Under the pieces are notes generated by a model. The model was not told the DNA's origin, did not search any database, and saw nothing but the letters and a program-made list of their open reading frames with translations. From positions 1 through 64,000 of the forward strand of contig CAXHJY010001108.1 of the NCBI GenBank assembly GCA_964016885.1: a stretch of DNA of 64,000 nucleotides. Reading direction: 5' to 3'. The position numbers and the translations under genes were made by a program. The stretch's first letter is position 1; every line of letters starts with the position of its first letter. This document shows positions 1-63,860 of this stretch, in pieces. This DNA comes from Eledone cirrhosa. Lineage: Eukaryota.

Positions 1-710
<710 letters not shown>

Positions 711-1062
711 GAAAGATTTGAATGGATACAGTTTAGTTGAAAGGAATTTATTGACACGTGTTTCTATAACAGTTACATAACCTGAAAACAGCTGCTATCT
801 ACAAAGTTTTAGTTATGCAGACATTCAATATTTCAATGTTAACCACGCATATCTTTACTATCTCTAATCCTTCTATAGATTTAGAAAAATAACCAATAAT
901 ATGTTCTATAAAAATGTCAAAACAACAGATGGGAATCTAATTACCCACTGCCACCAAAAATTCTCACTGCTATCATAAAACCACTCCCTCAACTATTCTT
1001 CTAACAACTTCACCCCTCCCTCCTAATATTCGCTATAAAAACCAAAAAGGTCCTCAGTAATA

Positions 1063-1372
1063 TTATTCTGATGAAATGACAGTAAATAATTGTTTCTACT
1101 TTTTGGCACAAGGCCAGCAATTATTCCAGTACATTACTGGTACTTTATTTTATCGACCCCGTAAGGGTGAAAGGCAAAGTTAACCTCGGTGGGAATTGAA
1201 CTCAGATCGTAAAGGGACGTAACTATGCTGGAAAGCATAATCCGACCCTCTACCGATACTGCCAATTCACCGAAATAATAACATTGAAATATTGAATGTC
1301 TGCATAACTAAAACTTTGTAGATAGCAGCTGTTTTCAGGTTATGTAACTGTTATAGAAACACGTGTCAATAA
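1063..1372 (+). ncRNA. Type I hammerhead with long loop II interrupted by a SINE
   Basis: TTATT-CTGATGA-a-ATGACAGT (1063-1083) ... ACTGTTAT-a-GAA-ACACGTGT-C|-AATAA (1347-1372). Confidence 0.7.
1085..1272 (-). mobile_element. SINE family A
   Basis: Reverse complement of 22752-22945; aaataat duplicated at 1084 and 1273. Confidence 0.85.
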
Positions 1373-1544
1373 ATTCCTTTCAACTAAACTGTATCCATTC
1401 AAATCTTTCTATTTTTCTCCGGATTACTTTTGGAACTACAACTGGAACCGTCGAGCAAACTCTACGTGAGCTGTCAATCTACTGTGTGTAATATTTATAT
1501 TACAACACAACGGAAAATACTGTATATATATGTATATATATATA

Positions 1545-1583
<39 letters not shown>

Positions 1584-1602
1584 ATATATATATATATATA
1601 TA

Positions 1603-1779
<177 letters not shown>

Positions 1780-1806
1780 ATATATATATATATATATATC
1801 TATTTG

Positions 1807-1852
<46 letters not shown>

Positions 1853-2266
1853 ATTATATATATATATGTATATATATATATATGTATATATATGTACATA
1901 TATTTATGTATATATATATATGTGTATATACATCTATATATATATGTGTATATACATCTATATATATATATATATGTATATATATATAAGTACATATATA
2001 TATATAATCTTATATGTATATATATGTAAATATATATATATATATATATTTGTAAATATATATATATATGTAAACACACACACACACATACATATATATA
2101 TTTATATATATATGAACAATCCAGGACCCAGACGGCTGACCTCCCGCCGTTTCAACAGAGCACAGCCATCGGGGCCCCGAATTATTCATAAAACCCACTC
2201 TACTACTCCAAGTACCGAGAACTCTGGAGTGTAATTGTCTAACTGGTTTTTACAGCTTCCATTCTG

Positions 2267-2361
<95 letters not shown>

Positions 2362-3662
2362 TGCTTATGTGTGTGTGTATATATTTTTGCTTATGTATGT
2401 ATATATAAATGCACCTACGGATGTATATATACAGACACATATGTATATATACTTGCACTTTACGTATGTATATATACACAATTTTACTTACGTGTCTATA
2501 CATACACATGCGTATGTATATATATATATATACACACTTACACTTATGTGTGCATACATACCCATGCTTACAGATTATTACCCATATGCAGTGGATGTAG
2601 CATGGCCGAATTGTCAGAAGATTCGCTCTCACTCCTTTGGTACATGTTTTGATAGAACTGTCTGGCAACTTGGACAAATGCCATTTACCATAGTCACGGG
2701 TTGACCGTAGCATTTTGTGAATGAAATTGTTTAGAGGGTAAACTTTTTGGAAGCCCGTCGGATGGATTATACCTCTAATTCGAAAGGCTAGCGTTATCAA
2801 GCATTGTGTCACGTTGAATCTCCCCGAGATTTACGTAATACATGAGTACATGTGTCTGCTTTAATTGAACAACTGGAAGACTTATCGTCGAAACCGACAA
2901 AGGTTGATTTCAATACCAACCACATATAGTGATTTCCAAACTTCAGGACTAATAATTTCAAGTTTAATCATGTTCATGTTTTATATTTGCACGTCGTTTG
3001 TTACACTCAGAAATCAAGAAAGAGCGATATATTAACTCATAAAGACGCAATCAATTTTTAAAATATACACAAAATAAAAGACTATAGTAATTTGTAACAT
3101 TGTGCCTGTATGGCCGTATTTCTCAGCCCTTAAATATATATATTTTTATGGAAGCCTTTGAGAATTTGTTGTTTCAGTATCTTTCAATCACTAAGCTTAA
3201 TATAGAAATCGTCATAAAATATCCTACAGCTTAAGAAAATCAACAAGAAAAAAAAAAAATAATACAAGAGATAATGCAATACAAAAATGGGATATTAATT
3301 TAACACTTGATAGAGCTGGAAAAAAAGGTTTCACTTGAGGGGTAGAATATATGTAGGAGGAAGAGGAGAAAGGTTGCTATACCTGGTAAAAGTCATTCGA
3401 TATTTAGGATGACTTGGCAGCATGTACCTATTGTTTCATTAATAGTTTTAGTGGGCAGTAAATTAACTTGACTCGGTCGAACATCCGCCCGGAAGATTTA
3501 AGGGATGTATCAGCACTAGGCTAGTACTTTTTATCGATCGCAAAAAGCTGAAAGTCAAATCAAACGTTGACGGGTTTTGAGACCTGAGCGCACAGAGCCG
3601 GAACAAATATCGCAACACATTCTATCTGACTTTGTTAATTCGGCCTCATATATATATATATA

Positions 3663-3998
3663 TATATATCATAAAACATGTCTATAGAATCACCAAATAA
3701 AATATATACCGTTTCCTCTCCCAATTAGCATAATTAACCATATAAAAAATCGATTAGACCAAGCTATAAGAATAAAGGCTTCTCTGAAGAAATCTCCGAC
3801 AAATAACCGAAAGCAGCCCTTCGCGGCGGTTGCGACGGAGTATTTATCGAGTATTTCGACAGCGTGTATAAATCGACCAGATATACAGTCAACTAAACAG
3901 AATTAGGTGTAAAATAAACTAGGAGAAAAGTGAACATATTTAGAGGAAACGGTATATATTTTATCTGGTGATTCTATAGACATGTTTTATGATATATA
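3663..3998. repeat. TA-anchored element with 57-bp inverted duplication
   Basis: 3663-3719 versus 3942-3998; internal CTGAAGA at 3784. Confidence 0.8.
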
Positions 3999-4089
3999 GC
4001 TCTGATTATTTAATTTATTAACTCTTCATTGAGCCACAAAGTGACCCGTTGCAAAACACACACACACACACATATATATATATGTAAAC

Positions 4090-4154
<65 letters not shown>

Positions 4155-4216
4155 TATATATATATCGGTACAATGGACAGAAAATAAAAATAAAAAGAGT
4201 CACATAAACAAGGAGT

Positions 4217-4276
<60 letters not shown>

Positions 4277-4386
4277 GTGCGTGTGTGTATGAATGTATCC
4301 TTCCTTCTTTATCGTATAATTTTTATAAATCACATTGCAAATATAATTATTTGTACTTAACATGTATTTTTATGTTAGTTCACTGT

Positions 4387-4423
<37 letters not shown>

Positions 4424-4425
<2 letters not shown>

Positions 4426-4880
4426 TGGTATGAGCATAAGCCAGAGTCGGTGATGGAAAACGATCAAGTGAAGGTGCGATGGGATTTTAGGATACAGACG
4501 GACAAGAAATTAGAACACAATTGACCTGACCAAGGAAAAAAGATCATGCCTGATTGTAGATGTAGCCTGCCCATTTGACACGAGAGTGCAAGAAAAGAAG
4601 AGGGAGAAAATTAACCGATACCAAGACTTATAGCGGGAGGTAAAAAGGATTTGGAACTGCCATGAAATCAAGGTCCTCCCGATTGTCATAGGCGCACTAG
4701 GTACTATCTCAAAGAGTTTCCAAGGATGGTTAAAGAAGATTAGTCCAGCCCCGCTTTTTGGAACACTTCAAAAGGCATGCTTGCTGGGAACAGCAAGAAC
4801 CCCCCGGTACGTCCTGACTATATGAGGCTGCAAGTAGCGGCTTGATATTCATTTCAACAAACTCTCCAGTTAAATAGCAT
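4424..4880 (+). mobile_element. R4/Dong-type (RLE) non-LTR retrotransposon 3' fragment
   Basis: WYEHKPESVMENDQVKVRWDFRIQTDKKLEHN*PD..IVDVACPFD..EK..Y.DL..PIVIGALG; flanked by (TAA)n and (CAA)n/(TAA)n. Confidence 0.88.
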
Positions 4881-4899
4881 CAATGACTGAGACTCAAAG

Positions 4900-5005
<106 letters not shown>

Positions 5006-5217
5006 GCCAAAAAAAAAAAACTGAAGCACCTGACGGACCAGTTAAAATTCATATAAAAAAGTTGAAAATATGATGATATGATGATGATTCAGATAATAAA
5101 TGTGTCTGAGGTGTCCGAATCTGAAAGATTGTATTTGGTATGATATAAAATAGCAATAATTTTCTGCAAGTCACAATTCGAACACATATATATATATACA
5201 TATACTACTAAAATTAA

Positions 5218-6012
5218 ATTAAAGATGACATGTGTGAGAATATTAGAAACATGCGTCATGCCTCCTGCAGAATAAGCTCAAAGATTCTAAAGAATAAATA
5301 CAAAGGAGATTAATTCTTATTGCAAGGTTCAGAGTTCATGTTGATTTTTAACTTGTTACCTCCGTAACTATGTGTGTTTACACTCTTTACGGATTATCCC
5401 CTGCAATTGTTTGATGTGTTTATTTTATATATATATGTCAATCGATTTTTGATTTAATGTTAATAAATGCTCAGATTTATTCCTTAGAAATTTTGAGCTT
5501 ATTCTACAGGTGGCATGGCGCATGTTTCTGATCTTCTCAGGGACGACATCTTTATTTAATGTTGGTAGTATTTACGGCTCCTAAATATTCTGTTAGTAGA
5601 ACTTTTTCTGTTGAAAGGACTCGGCTGCTATTTCTAGCTGTCGATAACGCAATTCACCCCACTGACCTGACGGCGGGACGATGTGAACTTTTTACAACCA
5701 TGTGCTTTTCGTCGTCATTTCTTGATTTGCTTTTAGTGTGTAATCACAGATAGTTAAATCTTCTCCTTTGCCACTGATCCAAGATTTGACATCTGTGATT
5801 CACCGATTAATCGTGAAATATATTTCTTCAATGGAATATATACAAAGGAGATTAATCATTATTGCAAGGTATCTATATTCAAGGTTCTTGTTAATTTTTA
5901 ATATGTTACCTCCAAAACTATGTGTGTTTACACTCTTTACAAATTATCCCCTGCAATTGTTTGATGTGTTTATTTCATATATATATATATGTCAATCAAT
6001 TTTTAATTTAAT
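5218..6012. repeat. Combined inverted (5218-5300/5468-5558) and direct (5297-5460/5838-6012) duplication downstream of the stop codon
   Basis: Visible alignment of both pairs. Confidence 0.8.
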
Positions 6013-6267
6013 TTAATATATATATATAAAGTTTGTCTTATCACGATGTGCATGATAATCTAATCTGAGGAATATACAAATATTATATTCTTTAATTCAA
6101 TAACAGTTTCACTTAAAACAATTGTTTATATTGCTTTTTAATTGAAAAATATGGGTATAAAAATAATTTAGTTATGTTCAAATGTGTGAACAAAAGGCAC
6201 TCATTAAAATTTAAAACTTTTATATGTAGTGGCAGTGGATATTTTCAAAATTCTCCAAAGCTATATA

Positions 6268-6325
<58 letters not shown>

Positions 6326-6403
6326 GCGCATACACTAACAGTATTTCCTGAATGCATTTTGAAACGTACTAAAAGTTTTCTAACATATTTGCGTTTGTAA
6401 TTC

Positions 6404-53246
<46,843 letters not shown>

Positions 53247-53898
53247 CTAAAAAGTTAATAGAAAATATATTTAGACAAAGATTTTACACACACAAAGTAA
53301 ACGCACATATACACGTACATACATACATACAAAAAAAGGGTAACCTTTCTTGTCAGTCCGTTATTTGGATGTGTGTAATTACTGCTTATATGAAGGCAAC
53401 ACAACATTTATTGGAAAAGTTGGGCTACAAAATGCGGCAATCTTACATTCGAATATTTCTACATAAGTGTTTAAACATTACATATATTGTAACATATCTA
53501 TATAAATGTTACATGTTACATATATTTGAACATATTTACATAAACACACCATGGTAAACGTAACCTTTCAAAACAATTCACACAAAAAATGCTAAGTAGG
53601 ATTAAAACTTAAAATTTTATTCTGACAAAACTTTGTCGAAGCCTTTAAAGAAGTTCATCGTCTATTTTGAAAAATAAATACAAATATCAGTGACTCGACA
53701 AAATCATCATGGCTAAATGTATTAGTCTCCTTCGACGAAATCGTGACTACAATCATTGAATACAATGGAGTTACAATCTTAAAGATTTATTGGAAGCAAT
53801 CTGACCCCCCAAAAGGTCGTTTTTAGACAAAGGTTAAAAAATTGTAGACGGATTAAATTTTTCGGCAAAACATTTAAATGATGAAGCAAAACGTATGA

Positions 53899-54964
53899 TC
53901 TATATTACTAAAACAGAGAATGTCTGTTTGTCTGTCTGTCTGACCAATCATTAAAACTCGAGAACCACCCAACCGATTGTTTTCAAACTTTACACATGTA
54001 ATACTTATGGTCCCATTGAGTGTTCTGAGCAAAAAAAAAAATTCAAATTTTCAATGACCGCATTAGGCGATTTAGCGATCTCTTTCTCTCTCTCTTAGTC
54101 TTTCTCTTTTTAGATAGATACATAGATATTACGTTGCGCGCTTATAATATCTGTCTGTATGCCTGGCTGTCTGCATTACGTCATTATGACGCGGTGTGTG
54201 TGTGTATATATATATATATATGTAGAGGTTATATTTAATTTGTTGGGATACAACAAGCAAAATATTTTTATAACTATATAAAGCACTCAACAAATTATTG
54301 GAGTAAATATACAATATTTACAGGAGACTCCAACCAGATTGGTTGCATTTTTTATGTCAATATTCATTTATAAAACTAACCTATATTATATTTTATCTGA
54401 TGAAAGCGCACCATAATTTGCCTTGGTGGCCCTTGAAATATGTATAATGAAATAAATATGGTTTTATAAATATATTATATACATATATATATAGTGTGTA
54501 ACGTTTTTCGAAATATTTACTTCTGCGTTCACAGATTTATTATTTTAGTTTCAGAAAATCCCGTTAAGGGTGAAAGCAGTGATTCTTTGCTTAAACCTTA
54601 ATCTGTTATTTTAATATATATATATATATAATTATATATTCGTGTACAGGTATTTTTGCATACACATATAAACAAAAGTATTTATTTCGCGATAAAATAT
54701 TGATTTTCTTCGAACGGAAAAAAACCCTGGTAATGTACGACGAACTTTTTTTATAAGCACAAAATGTAGACACCAACCCGAGGCCGGGGTATTCCGTACT
54801 TCTCTGTACTGTTATTTATATATTCGTGTACAGATATTTTTGCATACACAATAACAAAATATAAACAAACGTATTTACTTCACAAGGCTCGAGAAGGATA
54901 AATATATATCAAATATATAAGAACCCTAGATCATATCCCGAGCAACGCCGGACCATTCTGCTAG
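53899..54964 (+). mobile_element. Non-autonomous Helitron
   Basis: 5' TC (a|tctatattactaaaa..(tgtc)n), 3' hairpin cccgagcaacgccgg followed by CTAG|t; A/T target; carries nested TA-associated inserts. Confidence 0.8.
54391..54447 (+). ncRNA. Hammerhead-like motif nested in Helitron
   Basis: CTGATGA-AAGcGCACCA..TGGTGgCcCTT-GAA-AtATGT-A, then aataaa; stem I weak. Confidence 0.5.
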
Positions 54965-54999
54965 TTAGATGTAAATCAATCCAAATCTAACAGTAATCA

Positions 55000-56110
55000 A
55001 TACACCAACAATTTAGTTGAAATCAATACCTCTACTGTACAAACAGAACACCAAAAGCTTGTGGACATTGGACATTTTACAAGTAATCTGAGATGATGTT
55101 TCAATTGGTCCACAACTTGAATTTCAGTGACATGCTACACAAAAGCAGTTTAAGTAAAATACTCGGCAAATCAGAATTGGAAGCATTAAACAAAATGGCT
55201 AACAATTATCTGAAGGCCCAATCAACAGCTATGAACACAACATACCTAACCGTTAATCTTCTTATATATGTCTCAGCTATCACTTTGCTAGCGTATCAAA
55301 CCAGCTTCTGGATACAAGCAGAAAGCCTGACACAGCCTGGGCATATAACTTAATAAATAAATAAATAAATTTAGTCCCTACGAAGATGTATCTTAGTCTA
55401 TTGTAGTTAATAAATGTAACAGAGAAAACAATTTCATATGACATCAAGAAGACCTGACAAAACCCAAAAAACTATAGAGGTGATTTGGAGATACATCATA
55501 TATAAAACCCTAACCTCCAAACTACACCGGTTGAAACAACAACTCATAGCCATAGCTGAACATCTAAAATATAAATCTACAGTGTATAAACGGCAATTTC
55601 TGAATGAATTATTTGTCAGAGACCGTAAGTCAGTCGTAGTTTCAATATGAAAGGTTCTATCTCTGTAAAAGACACACTTACAAAAGATCAGGTTGGGAGC
55701 TACTGGAGATCTATACGAGAAACAACTGTTGAATTCAACAAAACAATCTGTATTGCTAAAATAACTGGAGTAGGACTACTGCCAGCTTGTCCAGCAAAAG
55801 TAATATGAAATAGACAGCGAAATACTGGAAACAGCTCTACAGAAAATGTCAAACTAAAAATCAGTAGGCCCAGACCTCATATCAGGTTAATGGTTGAGTG
55901 AAAGATGTTACCTTCTTTGGTGAGATCTTATACGGTTGTATGGAGAAAGTGTCAGGGGCACACAAGAACCACCTCAATGGCTAACAATTGCAATTACTCT
56001 CATAATCACCCAAAATAGCCAAACCACCCTTGCTAAAAATTACCTCCCAATGTCTTGCCAGAACATCATGTAGAAATTATACACTGGATGCTTCAACCTG
56101 GTCCTGCAGA
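55000..56110 (+). mobile_element. Highly degraded non-LTR retrotransposon (pre-RT region)
   Basis: NLLIYVSAITL, RQFLNELF..DRK, KSVGPDLISG*W, ..AKNY motifs. Confidence 0.55.
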
Positions 56111-56163
56111 ATCATTGTTATTTCTTACCTGTATTACACACACACACACGCACACACACACGC

Positions 56164-56257
<94 letters not shown>

Positions 56258-56354
56258 AATGAAGTAATTCCGTCGGAAAAGTCCAGGAAAAAAGAGTGCT
56301 CTATGTAGGTAACAGAGCTTAATAGTTATGTAATAAACAACATAAGGCAATTAT

Positions 56355-56412
56355 TCCATTTACCAGTGGTTTCTGAAAAGCAAAAAATTATGCTTTCAAT
56401 CATCAGAATGAA
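56355..56412 (-). ncRNA. Type I hammerhead ribozyme, intact core
   Basis: UUCAUU-CUGAUGA-UUGAAAGCA..UGCUUUUCA-GAA-ACCAcUGGU-A|-AAUGGA; GUA triplet. Confidence 0.8.
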
Positions 56413-56553
56413 AAAATCCTGGTGTATTTATTGACATTGGATTCTAAAAACAAAAATGCAATCTATATGAAAGTGAGGCTGGAGAAGGAAGAAGGAAAGG
56501 AAAAATAAAATAAAAACACACATGCAAACACACACACACACAATTATATACAT

Positions 56554-56604
<51 letters not shown>

Positions 56605-56748
56605 CACTCATACATACACACACACACATATACACACACACACATATATATATATGTGTATATATATACATACACATACATATACATACATACACACATA
56701 ATATCAACATATCCATATATACAACCACACACATATATATACATATAC

Positions 56749-56781
<33 letters not shown>

Positions 56782-57433
56782 TATATGCATACACATACAC
56801 ATGCATAGCCATACACACATACATATACATACATACATACATACATACATACATACATACATACATACATACATACATACATACACACAATCATACGTAT
56901 ATACACACGTACATACATACACATACATACACACATATATACATGCATACATATGCATGCACAAAAATAGAAAAATATACACACACCTCTACATACTCAC
57001 ACACACAAATAAATATAAGAAAAAATATATATAATAATAAAAGACATAAAAAAGAAAATAAAGACTATTATAAAGTTGACAGCGATACAGGCAACGAATA
57101 AATGAACAAACACACGTGGTAAGCAATACACACAAATGCACATACAGATACATACGTAAAAATAAATACATACACACACTCTCACACATAAATATACATA
57201 TACAAATACATAAACACATACATACGCATACACAAATACATACACACACACATATACATATATACACACACATATACATATATATATATATACACACACA
57301 TACATACATAGCCATACAATTATACACATACATATACATACATATCACAAACACGCACAACCAAATACAAACACACACATATGTGTGTGTAAAACTCATT
57401 CTTAGATAATTCATATGAACCTTATTTAACTCT

Positions 57434-57495
<62 letters not shown>

Positions 57496-58128
57496 CACAT
57501 ACATACACATACTTACATACAAATATAATATACATACTAATATACACATACATACATACTAACATATACATATATACCTACACACACATATATACATACA
57601 CATACGTATGCATACGTACACACACACACACACATATACATATATAACTCAATATATATATCTATATATATATATCCTGACGTCACTAGACCCGTTTTCC
57701 TCATGTGCTTTTTCATAATTACACATGATGCGAACTAGCCAGTTTTAGAATTCCCTTTTTCGGATTATAATACTGTGAGAGCCCTGGTTTCTTTTGAGCT
57801 CTGCTGATGATTGAAATCCAACCGTGACCATCTCCACTGAAAGTTTTCATGAAATAGTCTTTTAAGACTATACAGAGCATTTGATGTTATTCCAAATTGA
57901 AGGATAAGTGTTTTAAACTTTATTTTAGCATGAGTTAAAGGTCTATTGATTTTTCCCTGGATTTCACTAAATTCTGTGGATGAATTTATATCCTGATTCT
58001 CTTTTGAGATGTGTTTGAATTATTTTTCCTAAATCTTACGTTAACTACTTTTCCCATCTTGACGTTATAGTCGCATATATGTTATAGAATACTATTAGCT
58101 TCTCGCTAAAACAATCTATATACCTCTC

Positions 58129-58176
<48 letters not shown>

Positions 58177-58491
58177 AAGAACATAAATATTATAAAATAA
58201 ATATTGTATATATAAAAAAATTGGGAATACGACAAATAATAAATAAAAAAAATATATATTATAAAAGGGTATAAATGCCCATAGCAGACCTAGAGCATTC
58301 AACAAGTTCCTGGAGCAAAAAATCAATGAAAATAATCATCAAATCACTATATGTAATGATGCACATACACCCTTATACATATATACATACACACACACAC
58401 ACACACACACACGCATATATATATATACATAAACACACACACAAAAGAAAGCACAACCACAGAAATACAAGCACACATACAATTACGTATA

Positions 58492-58577
<86 letters not shown>

Positions 58578-58900
58578 CACATAGGAAAAAGTCTGACCCT
58601 ACAGCAGAGCTCAAGCCTTTTCTGAGGGTATTATATAAAAACACACAAAACCATTATATAAAAAAATACACATACACGCACAAATATACACACGCCCATA
58701 CACACACATTAAAGTTATATATACACACATACATACATACACATATATACATACATATGTATATATATATAAAATATATATATATATATACACATATATG
58801 AGTTTTACACACATATATATAAGTGTGTGTTTGTATTTGGTTGTGCGTGTTTGTGATATGTATGTATATCTATGTGTATAATTGTATGGCTATGTATGTA

Positions 58901-58955
<55 letters not shown>

Positions 58956-59815
58956 GTGAGGTTTGTTTTACAAAATGAAAAATAACCGAGGTGTCCTACA
59001 CGAGTGAAAGTATAAAGAAAAAGAGATGAAATCGAAAATGCAACTGGAGGCTTATTTTTAAAAAATATATATATATTTATTTGGTTCCTTTACCGGTTTC
59101 GCAGTTCTTCTGCTGTTCAAAAGGTGAGTTGAGATGGAGGGTATGTGGTTTTTCTCACATATGTATGCATATGTGTGTGTATATATGTATATGTGTGTGT
59201 GTGTGTATGTATTTGCGTATGCGTATGTATGTGTTTATGTATTTGTATATGTATATTTATGTGTGAGAGTGTGTGTATGTATTTATTTTTACGTATGTAT
59301 GTGTACGTGCATTTGTGTGTATTGCCTACCACGTGTGTTAGTTCATTTATTTGTTGCCTGTATCGCTGTCAACTTTATAATAGTCTTTATTTTCTTTTTT
59401 ATGTCTTTTATTATTATATATATTTTTTCTTATATTTATTTGCGTGTGTGAGTATGTAGAGGTGTGTGTATATTTTTCTATTTTTGTGCATGCATATGTA
59501 TGCATGTATATATGTGTGTATGTATGTGTATGTATGTACGTGTGTATATACGTATGATCGTGTGTATGTATGTATGTATGTATGTATGTATGTATATGTA
59601 TGTGTGTATGGCTATGTATGGGTATGTGTATGCATATATATATACATATATATTTATATTTCTGTATATATATGTATATATATGTGTGTGGTTGTATATA
59701 TGTATGTGTATGTATGGATATGTTGATATTTATGTGTGTATGTATGTATGTGTATATGTATGTGTATGTATATATATACACATATATATATATGTGTGTG
59801 TGTATTTGTGTGTAT

Positions 59816-59859
<44 letters not shown>

Positions 59860-60001
59860 ATGTATATAATTGTGTGTGTGTGTGTTTGCATGTGTGTTTT
59901 TATTTTATTTTTCCTTTCTTTCTTCCTTCTCCAGCCTCACTTTCATATAGATTGCATTTTTGTTTTTAGAATCCAACGTCAATAAATACACCAGGATTTT
60001 T

Positions 60002-60058
60002 TTATTCTGATGATTGAAAGCATAATCTTTTGCTTTTAAGAAACCACTGGCAAATGGA
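60002..60058 (+). ncRNA. Hammerhead copy 2 of the 56355 family (cleavage triplet mutated to GCA)
   Basis: ttatt-CTGATGA-ttgaaagca..tgcttttaa-GAAACCACTGGCA-aatgg. Confidence 0.65.
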
Positions 60059-60091
60059 ATAATTGCCTTATGTTGTTTGTTACATAACTAT

Positions 60092-60212
<121 letters not shown>

Positions 60213-60289
60213 CATATATATATATACATATATATATATACATATATATACATACATATATATACATATATATACATACATATATATAC

Positions 60290-60380
<91 letters not shown>

Positions 60381-60424
60381 CATATATATATAGTTATGTA
60401 ATAAACAACATAAGGCAATTATTG

Positions 60425-60480
60425 CATTTGCCAGTGGTTTCTTAAAAGCAAACAATTATGCTTTCAATCATCAGAATGAA
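60425..60480 (-). ncRNA. Hammerhead copy 3 of the 56355 family (GCA triplet)
   Basis: Reverse complement of copy 2 with the same diagnostic substitutions. Confidence 0.65.
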
Positions 60481-60772
60481 AAAATCCTGGTGTATTTATT
60501 GACGTTGGATTCTCAAAACAAAAATGCAATCTATATGAAAGTGAGGCTGGAGAAGGAAGAAAGAAAGGAAAAATAAAATAAAAACACGCATGCAAACACA
60601 CACCCACAATTATATACATACACACATATATATATATATATATACATACACACATACATACACACAAATACACACACACATATATATATGTGTATATATA
60701 TACATACACATACATATACACATACATACATATATATATATGTATGTATACATACATACATATATATATATG

Positions 60773-61918
<1,146 letters not shown>

Positions 61919-62118
61919 ATATAGTTATGTAATAAACAACATATGATAATAAACAACAATTATGATATATAGTCATCTGATCCAGAAATATTATATGGAG
62001 TAGCGAAACAATTGTAAACGGACTATTCTCTACATTCCTTACATCAAACTAAAATATGTTGACAATCTTTTAATAATGTCTTCCTTGTGAAATTTGTGGT
62101 CTTGTTTTGCTTAACTAA

Positions 62119-62179
<61 letters not shown>

Positions 62180-62410
62180 AGAGAGAGAGATTACAATAAT
62201 CAAAGTTCAGTTTAAATCCTTTATTTGCTTACAATTGTTTCCTCCAAACCGAGGTTTGGATTCTTCGGAGCAACTATTTAGTGATCTATAACATACTTGA
62301 CCTCCTTTTCAACACAAGAGACATATAAAAACATATGCACATATTGACCCACAGTGGGATGACATCCATCAAAATGATATAGCATGGCAATTTACATATA
62401 AAGGTTAAAG

Positions 62411-62581
62411 GATAAAAATAAAAATAAAAATAAAAATAAAAATAAAAATAAAAATAAAAATAAAAATAAAAATAAAAATAAAAATAAAAATAAAAATAAA
62501 AATAAAAATAAAAATAAAAATAAAAATAAAAATAAAAATAAAAATAAAAATAAAAATAAAAATAAAAATAAAAATAAAAAT
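62411..62581. repeat. (TAAAAA)n hexamer microsatellite
   Basis: About 28 perfect units. Confidence 0.97.
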
Positions 62582-63189
62582 GAAGCATTGGCAGTTTATG
62601 AAGATAAAGCAAGAGGAAAGTTTAGAGTAGTCAGTGTATGAAACAATCTCACGTGTAGCATGCACGCGTGTCTTATTTATACAGGATTAGAGTGTGTCAG
62701 ATTGTTACTTGCAGGGTCAGGCAGTTGAAGCAGGCAATCGATATCATTATGTGGGCTGAATTATTAAATCATTTTTTCGCATACACCTGTATGATATACA
62801 ATCCCGAATGTAGAGAAACACCAAAATATCAAAAATATCAAACATATTATAAAACATATTATAGCGCAGGTAAAACAGTACCAGTGTCTTCGCGCACACC
62901 ACCACTCACATAATCCATGAGACGCAATATATAGACCACGGGTCTATCATATAATCCACGATGGTTCAGCATATAACCAAGTTATAAACCATATCTTGTC
63001 GATTCTTAATTAATAGATCATGTTGTTTAGTTTTGTGTGATATTATATTCCGGAAGTGTGTGTGTGACCAAGGGGAGTTAATGCGTAAGGGGGGGGGGTA
63101 ACTAGCTGGTTTTCTTAGTTAAATTTATTATCCTAAATTACATTAATGGTGTGTTTCAAATAAGTGCCTATCATATGCTGTTATAGCTA

Positions 63190-63860
63190 ATTTCTAGAAT
63201 AGGTTACTTATCTATAGGTTACAGTGTTGTCTATTAAGAAGTACTAAAGGTGTATATATCAGGATGATTACCTTCTATTAAGGGGTGTCATATCTGAACA
63301 TTCTATAAGAAGAGTCAGACCTCCAAATCAATGTTCTTTGTAAGTGTAATTCCACCCTCAGGACCTGGCATGGTCCTATTATTATATATGACTCCCGGTA
63401 AGCTCTGGGTCATTGTATGTCTGAATCCTTGGTAAATTTGAATATCTCCAGGGTGGTCTGGAGATCAAATCTCCCATATAAAGTCACCAGTCTGGTCATC
63501 AAGTAATAGATAAACTCCTATCTCATATATAAATTAAATTAGGTATCTTATCTACAAATTAGAGTGGAGTCTATTAATAAGTACTAAAGGAGTTCATATC
63601 ATGATGGTTACAATCTATTATGGAGTGCCGCACCTGGACAATCTATAAGAAGAGTCAGACTTCAAAATTAATTATATGGGTCTCACTACCAATAAGTGTC
63701 TTATTACTAATAATGGTCTTATTATCATACAAGACTCCCGGCAAGTTTCGGGTCATTGTATGACTGCATCCCCGGTAAATTCAAATATCACCAGGGTGGT
63801 CCGGGGATCAGTTCTCTCATCAAAAGATACTAATCAGGTCATCGAGCAACACAGAAACTC
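63190..63860. repeat. Diverged ~340-bp tandem direct repeat (2 units)
   Basis: agtactaaagg, tctataagaagagtcagac, gactcccgg..gggtcattgtatg, ccagggtggtc recur at about +340. Confidence 0.85.

Larger units (their letters stand above)
56322..60091. repeat. kb-scale inverted duplication (arms 56322-57399 and 58798-60091)
   Basis: Unique blocks and microsatellite mosaics match in reverse complement; right arm has an extra ~210-bp insert at 58950-59160. Confidence 0.9.

Noticed and set aside
3775-3875. CTGAAGA...CGAAAGC as a complete hammerhead
   Set aside because: Could not assign consistent stems I and III; at best a degraded remnant (same for 13177-13210, 16211-16225, 21600-21645, 24040-24100)
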